This document shows, in pieces, positions 25,339-35,189 of a DNA stretch of 64,000 bases. Source of the stretch: Bilabrum cf. latius (lineage: Eukaryota). The notes under the pieces were generated by a model, which saw only the letters and a program-made list of their open reading frames with translations, was not told where the DNA came from and did not search any database. Location: NCBI GenBank assembly GCA_965178125.1, contig OZ237743.1, positions 992,001 through 1,056,000 on the forward strand. Direction: 5' to 3'. How positions within the stretch are numbered: the first letter of the stretch is position 1; the number at the start of each line of letters is the position of its first letter. The position numbers were made by a program, and so were the translations under genes.

Positions 25339-25438
25339 GATATCAGAGTACGAAGAAATTCTCGAGAACTGTGAGCGTGGACGGTCGGCACTTGTCACAT
25401 TTACCTAGATTACGTTTGAGCCCATTTAAAGCTCACAA

Positions 25439-26566
25439 ATGAAGCCGTGGAATGTCGTTGGCACTCTTATATACTATCTTGATGAAGCTGTGAGGGAGAA
25501 TGGTCCCACGAGGTGGTTGTTGATGCTGGCTGGAGTCGCATTAGTTGCAGTAGTCAGGTACATCGCCTTAGTGTCGCTTGGTGGCACCAACTTTATGGTG
25601 CTGGCTTTGCTATTGGGTACTATAGTCGTAATTCGAATCATCATCACGAAGTTTGGGTTTTCGGGGACTGCATCCAAGACTGATGACCGTGCAACACCAT
25701 CGAAGCAAGTGTATGTTCGAAGCAAACGTGGAAGAGTACATGCCCCCAGTAAGCTGGATGATCCATTACGCCTCGATAAGCTGTCGCAATTGCCCCGTGG
25801 CAAGGCCACAACCTTCCTAGGAAAGTCACCGGGCGGTGCGTCAACAACGACGCATGGTGCGGTATCGGCATGCGAAGACAGCCAGGCCGCATCCGACGGA
25901 GACTCGCGGTCCACGCGGCACAGGCTGCAAGATCGATAGAAGCATAGGGCTCCCTATAGGGGTTTAACCGAAGCATAGCGCAAACGGAGGAAGCGTTTCC
26001 TTGAGCGGGCGCGCACAGACGGAGACGGCGGCACCCCGGGAGCAGCTGCAGCCCTTGGCGAGGAGCAAGGCAGTGACCCGGGCAGGCCATCTGCTCCGCC
26101 GCAACCACTTGAAATAGCAGGAGCCAAATCAATGCATACGTCTTTGGACGAGCTCGAGCTTATAGGGAGCCTGCGGGCAGGAGATGGCGCCGCAGGGCGC
26201 GGTGAATCGCCCATGGATGCGGAGCTTGCAGAGTTTCTCGGGCGGGCAGGTGTCCCTGCATGCAACGCAATCCTACGGGATGAGGCCGTTTCCATGCGAC
26301 TGCTCATTCGGTGCTTTCGCTCGAGGGGTGAGGGCGGGGCGCGGGACCTGCTCAGAGAGTCGGGTGTATCCAAGGCGGGGCAAAGGGAGGCCATTATAAT
26401 GCAGCTGCAGGATGAGCAGTGCGGAATGGGAAGGTCCACGGGCGCTGCGGCTGGCGAGGTACAGTGCAAGCGTGAGCTGGGTACTGGTCCCGAAGAGGGA
26501 TCCGGTGTGGACCGTAGTGACGAGGCAGCAAGGGAGGGCACTGGCACGAGCAAGGGTCCCAGCTGA
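25439..26566 (+). CDS. Hypothetical protein with two N-terminal transmembrane segments
   Basis: ORFs 25439..25939 and 26132..26566 in frame across 2 TAGs; hydrophobic WLLMLAGVALVAVV and FMVLALLLGTIVVI; ends TGA. Confidence 0.65.
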
Positions 26567-26613
26567 GCTTGCGCTGCAGTGGGAGAGAGGACTGTTCGAA
26601 CAAATAGTATCGT

Positions 26614-26771
26614 TTCAAGCCACCAAGCCGTTCGCGTACGACTCCCGCATGGCGCCCACCACGCCAACCAGTGCCGAGCCGCGCTACTTCATGCCCTCCA
26701 CCATGTCCCCGGGCTACTGCGCACTTCCACTCGCGACCCCGCCCGCGAGGACCGTAGTCCCATCCTTCAGC
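26614..26771. repeat. Direct repeat, left copy (duplicate of the 3' coding end of the 29931..34954 gene)
   Basis: Aligns with 29934..30090 with about 11 differences in ~157 bp by hand count. Confidence 0.9.
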
Positions 26772-27145
26772 GTGTCAGTTACCCTCTGTCTGTGTAAAAC
26801 TGAATTAGATTCAATTTCGCACAACAAATTACTTACCCGCCAAGACCTCTCTCTTGCCTGTGAGGACAAAAGGGGGTGGCCAAAGCGACTCGGAGTTGCC
26901 CCAACGCAATCCCCAAATTGCCCCCACATCCCTGACATCCCAGTCCTCTCTACCTGCGCGAAGCTAGTCATCGCTTCGGGAGGATGATGCCCGCGGGTGC
27001 TACGTGCCTTCATTATTCTTCCAAGCACCATTCCATCGGCTGCCTCTCAACTCGCGGCCTCGGGATCAACCATCAGTTACTAAGTAGTACCCTACCAATT
27101 AATCTGGTATACTTTCTGGCCCGCCCATTCCGGAATAGCTGTGAT

Positions 27146-29263
27146 ATGGACGATGATGTCCAGAACATTTTCGAGTTTGACTTATTGCAAGCACCATTAT
27201 CTCAGCTGATGATGGAATGTGTGCATCGACGGGACAGATGGAGGTTGCACAGCATGCTCGTTCGCCCGGACCCCAGAGTTCTAGAGCTATCCACCACGCT
27301 GCTGCGAGGTTGCTCATCCCTTGTGGGGTTGCAGCTAAATGAAATCATAAGAAACTTTCACCAGGCGTTCTTACTTGCTGATGCCATCCGTAGCAATGCG
27401 CATCTTGAGGAGCTCAGCCTACGAGACTGCAGTATGGGGCATGCGGGCGCAGTGGTCTTGGCTCGGTCTCTCATGGACTGCGACAAACTCAAGAGTCTGC
27501 TTCTAGGTTATACACCACTGCCGTATCCAGCGGTGAAGAGTCTTTGCAACTCTCTCGAGCAGATGGAAAAATTGGAGCTTTTAGGGATAGGGTTAGGGTC
27601 CCATGGCGCCAAGTAGCTGGCGGCAAGCTTGCACCATGCCTCACGTCTGTAGTACATTGATTTATCCAAGAATCCAATTAGCGATGTGGCTGCCGAGGAA
27701 CTCGTGAGAGCGCTTGAAAACGTTGGCTGTCTGCAAAACCTGAATTTGAGCGAAACTGGGGCTGCAGCCTCGACAGCGCGCGCCATAGAACAGTACTTGT
27801 CGTCAGGAAGGTGCAATGTCAAATTCTTGAGTTTAATCAGTTGTTATCTGGACCAGAGTGCGTGTGAGGCCTTGACTAGGGGGCTTGCAGCAAGCTCAAC
27901 CATGCAGCGACTGCGAGTAGTAGACTCAGTATGCTCATTTGAGGGACTCCGAAGCTTACTTGGTGCCCAAAGTACGCGATTCACAAAACTCCGAATCTTG
28001 TGGGAGTTTGATCGCGTTGTGATTGAAGAAGCCGGGGAAGATTTTCCAGTCGACGTACCACCGCGTCCGCGCAACATGTGTGCTTTGCTTTGGCGACGTG
28101 CTGTAGAAGCTCATAGAGACGCAAACTATATCCATCAGGCTGCCTTTCACGGAAGGCCGCTGGAAATGGTGAAGAGGATCCGTCTAGGTTAGCTTGCTGG
28201 AGGTCTAACGCAGCAACGAACAGTTCGAACTGCACATGAAACCTTTCGGTGCGGTCCAGTGATAGCAGCTTGCGTCGGCTAGAATTTTGAATGTGTTAGG
28301 TTGCTTGTCGAAGCAGGACAATGCTTGAGAGAAGCGCTGCCACTGTGGCCTGCTGGGGAGAGAGCAAAGTTCGCCAATGGTAGCGAGAGGTAGCCTGCCG
28401 CCTGGGTCGAAATTTGCGCCAAAGCCTGCACTTATTCGAAAGAATTAGCGAAAGAATCTCAAGCATTGCTAAGGGCGTGGGCTTGTATAGTTGCCGATGG
28501 TCTCGATGCCGATTTCGAGTTGTGCCTGACCGCTGTGCAGGAGTTGCAGTCTGCGCACCGCAGGGTTTCCAAGTGGAAGTAGAAGGTCGAAGATATGCAA
28601 ACTTCTGGATACACTGACCCATCTCTACTGCAAGACAGTATTCGACTGTGGTCTGACAGTTTTGACAGCGGGGCGGATGTGTGGGAGCAGCGATATGCGT
28701 CTGGATCCGAATCCGGATCCAGATCATTGATGGACGAAGAATAGCAAGCGGCAGCGGTAGCGGAAGAATTGGAAGTGCTTGACTTGCAGAAGCACCCCAT
28801 GGCTGAGACCATGGCGAAACACTACGATCGCTGGAAGAAGCTGAGGCAATTACACCTTCGATAGCAAGCTGCGGCTGATTCGCTCAAGCGGGCGCATGCT
28901 GACGCATTCCAGAAATTTCAATCGCTTACCCACGCTATTGCTGGACTCCGAGATAGCGTGATAGCCCTGTCGAGCAAAGCCAGGCCCGGAAGCGATGGCG
29001 GCGCTGTGCACGACGCGACTTCGCTAGCTGCCTACCTGCCCGACAGCTCATTCCGTAAAGCGGTGCGGGGAGTAGTAGAGTCGGTATGTGATTGGTCCAA
29101 AATTGATAGAGAGCCCCTTGCCGCAGAACTGATACCTTTCTGGACCACAGTATGTGAATAGTGGGCAGTGCACAGCTGGGTGTTGCCGGAAGGTGGGCTT
29201 GAGGCTGTGCCGACACTGCGTAATCTGACAGTTAAGGAGTTGATGGTACACAAAACGGATTGA
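27146..29263 (+). CDS. RNI-like leucine-rich repeat protein with ankyrin-like and coiled-coil regions
   Basis: LEELSLRDCSMGHAGAVVLA, GAK*LAASL, L*YIDLSKNPISD, LQNLNLSETG; IHQAAFHG and ECVRLLVEAG. One frame with 9 TAGs; ends TGA. Alternative start at 26984. Confidence 0.8.
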
Positions 29264-29349
29264 GTATACGAAGTTACAGATACGAGTGGCCTCGCTGCGG
29301 TGGAGCTCGTCTATTCATTGGACCATGCATCAAAGTGTCATGAAGACTG

Positions 29350-29678
29350 TTCTCTGTACTTGACATCAAGATTGAAGCGACGGGCAGCTATGAGCCGGAA
29401 GAAGAGGCGGGTACTGGCGGACAGGAGGTGGAGAGGAAGAGGGGGACACTGGCACAGGCGACGATAGAGTGGTGTCAATAGGGAAATCACAACAGGAGGA
29501 AGAGGCTCCAGGTGCCAGGCACAAGGGAGACGCGAGTAAGCACACGGTCCGTAGGGCGGGGAACAGCTCAGGAAGCCATGTAGCGACGAGGCCAGTCGAT
29601 GTGCATTGTGGAAGTGGTGTGTACATCCGCATTCAGGTGGGCTGGTGAAGAACCAGTCGTTCGGGGTGAAGTCCAGTA
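29350..29678 (-). repeat. Dispersed repeat, internally deleted copy of 59708..60190
   Basis: Reverse complement shares CTTCACCCCGAACGACTGGTTCTTCACC, ATGTACACACCACTT, GACTGGCCTCGTCGC and GTGTCCCCCTCTTC with 59.7-60.2 kb. Confidence 0.85.
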
Positions 29679-29682
29679 GTTT

Positions 29683-29925
29683 ATCCGGATTCCGGATCCC
29701 GTGGCAGTAGGCTAGCCATTATCACCTGGGTTCAAGTGTAGAGGATTCGCGACTCTGGATGTACACCGACTACTACACTGTTTTTGCTTGGCGCCTGGTT
29801 TGGATCACCAATGATTCACCATCGATGGCAGAGTTCCGAAGGCAGGCCGATCCGAGAAGCTTACGTTGTTGGGTAGCCCACAAAAACGAATCAGTGGCTT
29901 GCCATCCGGAATCCGGAATCCGGAT
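29683..29925. mobile_element. Candidate MITE (~243 bp) with (ATCCGGA)n terminal inverted repeats
   Basis: Left end ATCCGGATTCCGGATCCCGTGGCA; reverse complement of right end ATCCGGATTCCGGATTCCGGATGGCA. No convincing coding content; no clear TSD. Confidence 0.5.
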
Positions 29926-29930
29926 CAGAT

Positions 29931-32900
29931 TCATTCAGCCATCAAGCCGTTCGCGTACGACTCCCGTGTGGCGTCCAGCACGCCAACCAGTGCCGAGCCG
30001 CGCTGCCTCATGCCCACCACCATGTCCCCGGGCTACTGCTCACTTCCACTCGCGACCCCGCCCGCGAGGACCGCAGTCCCATCCTTCAGCACATCAAACC
30101 TCCGAGCCGCAGCCGCGTCAAGCGCCCCCACGAGGGCCGCCTGCACCCGCTCAGGCTAGCCGCCCCCGTGCCCCACCACACCGCACCAATCCAGACCGGC
30201 GCTGTTCCTGTTGCTACCTGGCGAGCCAGGGTCCGCAGGGGCATCTACCAGCCCAAGTCCTGTCAATTGGCGGTCAATCGCGCTTATGCTGCCCTCTGAC
30301 GCGCCTTGCTTGCCGCACGCCGCCACCCAACGAGCGGACGGAACGCCCCCCCATCCGCCCAGCCCCGCCGCCGCGTCCCTGCCCGACCCGGCCAGGAGCG
30401 CCACACCAGCATCCAGCCCGCCCGTAGTAACCAGTAGCAGCAAGAAAAGCACCAGCCAGCCGCACACGCTCGCAGAGAAAGCCGCGTGAAAACCCACGGG
30501 GGTGCTCATCACGTCCAGCAGGACACCCTAGATTCCGCTGTGCTTGGAAACGAGAAAACCAGCGCGCTTGTCCGCCGGCAGCGACGACGCATCTCCGCCG
30601 CTGTCGTCTCCCTGATGATGATGCTGCTGCTACTACATCGAGGACGCGCGGATTCCCGAACCCCTCCCTTTGCCCTCGTCCTCCCCAGGCCCGCTGACCC
30701 TCTCCAGCTCCTACTCGGCCTGCTCCAGCCGCACGGTGACGCCCCGAAGGTCTGCAGCCGCCTGGGCCTTCTCGTCCAAAGCGGCGTCCCTCTCCTTCTG
30801 AAGCTCCAAGGAACGTTCCTCGAGAGCTGACCGGCCCCGCTTGGAGGCCTCCAGCTCCTCTTCCAGTCCAGCGGCCCTGGTCCTGGCCGCCGCCAGCTGG
30901 CTCTCGACCTCTGCTCGCTTGTTCCTCTCCTTGCCAGCCTCCTGCTACAGCCCGCTAGCCCTGCGCCTGGCCTCGTCAAGCTCCCCGCCCAGCCTAGCGC
31001 ACTCGTCCTTGGACCGCTGCGCCTCGCTCTTGTGCCCGTCCCCTTCACGCCTGGCCGCGGCCGCATCGTCCTGCGCCCGCCGCAGCTCGCCCTCCAGCCG
31101 TCGCACCTCGCTCCGCAGCTCGCTCGAGGCCCGCCCCCCGTCGTCCTGCGCCTGCCGCAGCGCGTCCATCTCACCCTTGAGCTGCCCCGCCCTGCCCTCT
31201 GCCTCCCTGCGGCGCGCCTCTGCCTCCTCTCGCCTCCTCTCGGCCTCTTCCCTCTTCCTGACCTCGCTGCTGACAGCCTCTTCGGCTCGCTTGCGCGCGT
31301 CCTCAGCGGCTCGCTCGCCTGCCTGTGCGCGGTCCCCGGCCTGCTTGAGCTCGGTGCGGTGCCTGTCCAGCTCCTTGCGGAGCTCCGATCGAGCGGACTC
31401 GGCGTCCTCCTGGGCCCTACGCAGCTGCTGCCGAGCAGCCTCCGCCTCCTCGCGGGCCGTGTCCGCGCCTCGGCTCGCGGCCTCGGCCTGCTCCTCGGCG
31501 AGGGCTGCACGCCGCTGCAGCTCCTCCACCGTGGCCACGGCGCCCAGCCTCGTTTCCTGCTCCCCTTCCAGCGCGGCCTGCGCCTCGTCGTACCGGCCCC
31601 GCAGCCCCTGCAGCTACTCCCTCAGTGCCGCGGATTCCTCCTCCGCTGCACTGGTGCGCGCTTCAGCGTCCTTGAGGGCATCCCTTGCCCTGCGCCCGTC
31701 CTCCTTGGCCTGTCTCTCCGCAGTCTCTAGCCTCTCGCGCAGCGAATCGATCTCTTTCTGTGCCTCCGTGGCGCCTTCCGCCGCGTCTTTGCTTCGATCC
31801 GTGGCTGCCGCCAGCATCGACGTGAGGCTAGACACGCGCTGCTCCAGCGCCTGCAGCTGCCCCACGGCTTGTTCCCTGTGCCGCTCCGCCCGCTCCGCCT
31901 CATCCTTCCACCGGAGCAGCTCGGGCTCCAAACGGGCTCTCACTCCTCGGAGGGCGTCCAGCGTCTCTTGCCTGGCCGCCGCCTCGAGCCGCGCGGGAGC
32001 CACAAAGGCGGGCTTGAGCCAGTCACGGTGGGTCCCGGACACGGCGACAAGGGCCTGGCTCTCGCCGCCCTGGGCCACTAGTGCGGTGCTCGGGTCCCTG
32101 CCGTCCCCACTCCGGAGCGGACTGCTGCTGGCGCTTGCCGAGGACTGCTCTAAACGCTATCCCTTGCCTGGGCTGCCCTCCACCGCATCCCTGGCGCTGG
32201 CGGTGGACCGGTCCAGGCCCAGGAGTCTCGCGGCCTGCGGGGCGATCGGCGGGGGGGACGCGATCTCGCGCGGCACCTTGCCGTTGTCCTCCACTGCCGC
32301 GCGGACGCCCCTCCGCACCGCCTCCATGGCCGTCTCCTCCCTTGCTGCCGCGGCATCTACGGCCACTGTGGACACGGCGGCATGCCTCCTCTCGTCGTCC
32401 AGCAAGGCCCGCAGCCTGTGCATCTCCGCCCTGGTCGTGGAAAGCACGCCGTTCTCACCCCGCATTTGTTCCCTGAGCGACTGGGCCTCGGCCTCCGCCG
32501 CCACCGCCCTCCCCTCCGACTCGGCCAGCGCCCGCTCGGCCTCCTGCAAGAGGGTACGGAGCTCGCTCGCGTCGTCCTCCCTGGCCTGTCGCTCGAGGTC
32601 CGCGTCCGCCCGTGCCGCCGCCAGCTCCTTCTTCAGGCGGTCGCTGGCCGCCCTGGCCTCATCCGTCGTGCTGTCTGCCCCCGCCCGCGCCGCGTCCAGT
32701 TCGTGCCTCGCCTCCTCCAGCTGGTCCCGCAAGGAGTCTGCAAGCCGCCGCTGCCTGACGACCTCCTCCTCGGCCTCGGAGGCTCTGCGGCGCTCCCGTC
32801 GCAGTGCCTCTTCCGCCTCCTCCGCGCGTCGGATGGCGGCCTGCAGCCGCGCCTCTCTTTGCGCCGCTTTTTCCGCCGCTGACGTCAGTCTCGCTTCCGC

Positions 32901-34954
32901 GTCCTGCGCGACCCGTGCCTCCGCATCGACCTGCCTCCTAAGGTCCTCGATCCTTCGCTCCAGCCGGGGGACCTCCACGTGCGGCGATCCGGCGAGGGCC
33001 AGCTGCTGGCCGCCTGCTGGTCTCTGATTTGTTCCCTGCGAGGACCGGGCGGTCCGATTCACGCCTCCGCTGAGCTCTGCCACCCTCAGAGGCATGTCCC
33101 TATCCCTTCCCCTATCCTCGTTGCGGCTGCGATCCAGTCTGGCCGGCGACGCGTCGGCGGAACGGGACGCGCCGGAGCCTCCTGCCGCGGACCGTCCTAG
33201 ACGCAGACCCGCCCTTGATGCCCGCAAAGACCCGCCCGCGCCCACGCTCGCGCCGGTGCCCGTCCCAGCTCTGGAGTCCTTCAGCTGGGAGTCCCGGAAG
33301 GAGAACTCAGATGACTCGAGTTCGTCCTGTTCCCCCACGGTGGGGACAGTGGGGGGTGCCCCTAGGATACGGGGGTCCTCCGCGTGAGTGGGCTCTGGCT
33401 TGCGGGGGACCGAGTGCAGCGTGCTGTAGAGCTTGCGCTCGCGCTCGGAAAGGGCAGCGGACGTGGGCGACAGCACGTCTTCAGTGCGCAGTGTCCGCCC
33501 GCGCAATCCACCGGTGGACTCGCCGAACTGCAGGGGGGCGAGGCCGTCTCTTTCTCCGTCTCGTCCATCGCCACGGCCGCGACCGTCCTCCCCATCCTCG
33601 TTCTCTCCCTCCTCTTCGTCGAACGAGAGGTCGTGCTGCACCGGTGAAGGGATCTCCACCGACCTTCGCTCGGACTCGGTGAGCTGATGCTGCTGCTGAT
33701 GATCGGCGGGCGAGCCAGCAGTATCGCCTGCGCCCCTCTGACTCGGAGCTGGGCCAGCCACGTCCACGTCAATGGCCGACACGTCCCCCGCACCGGGACT
33801 CAAACCCAGGGCCGCGTCCATGTCAATCGAACCCGCTCGGGAGGAGTTCCCGGAGCGAGCGCCGGCCCTGCCGCCTGCCGCGCTTCGCCTGCCGCTCATC
33901 GCACCATACCCGGCCCGGCCCTCCCTTGTTCCCTGGCCGGTGCTGCTCCGCCGGCTGCCGCTGTTGCTGCGGGCACCCGACACTGACCGGACCGACAGTC
34001 CCTGCTGCTTCACCTGCCCCCGCACGCCCGACAGCCGCCTGCGAGTCTCGGCGCCACTGCCCCTCCCCCTCCCTCTCCCTCTACTACCAGTACCAGTACC
34101 AGTCGCAGATGATGGTGCGTGCAGCCCAGCGCGCAGTGAGGCCGCGTGCCTCTCGGTCGCAGCCGCGTCCACGCTCCTTCGCTCTGCCCGAGGCCTGGCC
34201 TGTGAAGCCCTGGATCTGGATCTGCCCCCGGCTGCGGCGGCGCTCGGCTCCTCGACCCATACCTTGCTGCTGGAGAGCTCGTCAGGATCGGCTGATGACG
34301 ACGGGTGGCCGCCACGGGAGGGGCGCGGCGGCGGAAGACCCAGGCCCGGGGGAGCGTCTGCAGCCGTGGCCATAGAGAGTCGTTTGGCAGCTGCGCCGCG
34401 CTCTGGCGTGTCCCCGGTGCGGCGGCGTTTCTCACGAGCAGCTGTGTCGTCCCGCTGCCGGCGCTACGGGCTTCCAAATCTCCTGGACGCCAGGACGTCC
34501 GCATCGATTTTCTGCACGTATTTGTACAGGTACCGGTGGTAGCAATCGGTACTATTTCCGAAGTGGCTGGCAGCCATACGGTGAATAGCTGTGGTAAATC
34601 CCTTTGCAGTTAGCACAATTTTGCCCATGTACGACTTCGAGGCTGTGCTGCGGAAAATAGAGTCCGGTGACATGCTGGTCCCCCCTTTGTTTCGCAAAGC
34701 AATCGGTCCAAGGTCCGTACAAAAGTCACGAAACTCATCCTGGCCTGCAAATGAAATAAATGAACGTAATATTGATAGTCAAGTCTGATTCGAGTTCAGT
34801 CAACCACAAGAGGACCGCTCAGATTCTGCTGGCCAGGATTCGAACTTGCAAGCTAACGTCACAACGAAGGTGTACCGGTCTCACTCATTTCATCACCCTA
34901 AACATATGTATGGAATAGTTTCTGTAGCGCCAACGAGCTCTCGTACTCCGCCAT
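29931..34954 (-). CDS. Large coiled-coil protein with N-terminal EF-hand/p25-like domain and C-terminal transmembrane segment (intron 34884-34745)
   Basis: Spliced start MAEYESSLALQKLFHTYV*GDEMS|QDEFRDFCTDLG. ORFs 34464..34697, 32157..34373, 31614..32078, 30945..31538 and 30156..30512 share one frame with ~11 TAGs. E/A/R-rich heptads; GWLVLFLLLLVTT; ends TGA. Confidence 0.78.
29934..30090. repeat. Direct repeat, right copy (current 3' coding end of the coiled-coil gene)
   Basis: Matches 26614..26771. Confidence 0.9.
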
Positions 34955-35189
34955 TTTGTTTCAAACGAGCGGAGTTGCTCTTGGCTGCCAACGGCAGTTC
35001 ACATGTGCACGCAACATTCAAACAAAATTCAACATTTTCAAGATTCATTGGATTGCTTATATCTCGGGACGGGCTGGTTTGTCGGATTCATTGTTACCGC
35101 ATTTGTTCTCAATATTTAGATTGCACGCACTGAAGGGGTTCTGAAGGCATCGCGTTGTTTTGGTGCAGGCTTCTTAGTGCTACTCCAGC

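Noticed and set aside
28701-28725. Further ATCCGGA-like motifs here and at ~35825-35846
   Set aside because: Both lie within coding frames as Ser-Gly repeats (SGSESGSRS, SGSGSGSG).
30841-33027. 728 aa Ser/Ala-rich plus-strand ORF and similar long antisense ORFs (e.g. 48857..50155, 35434..36375, 6084..7196)
   Set aside because: These are shadow ORFs on the opposite strand of GC-rich genes, with no motifs of their own.
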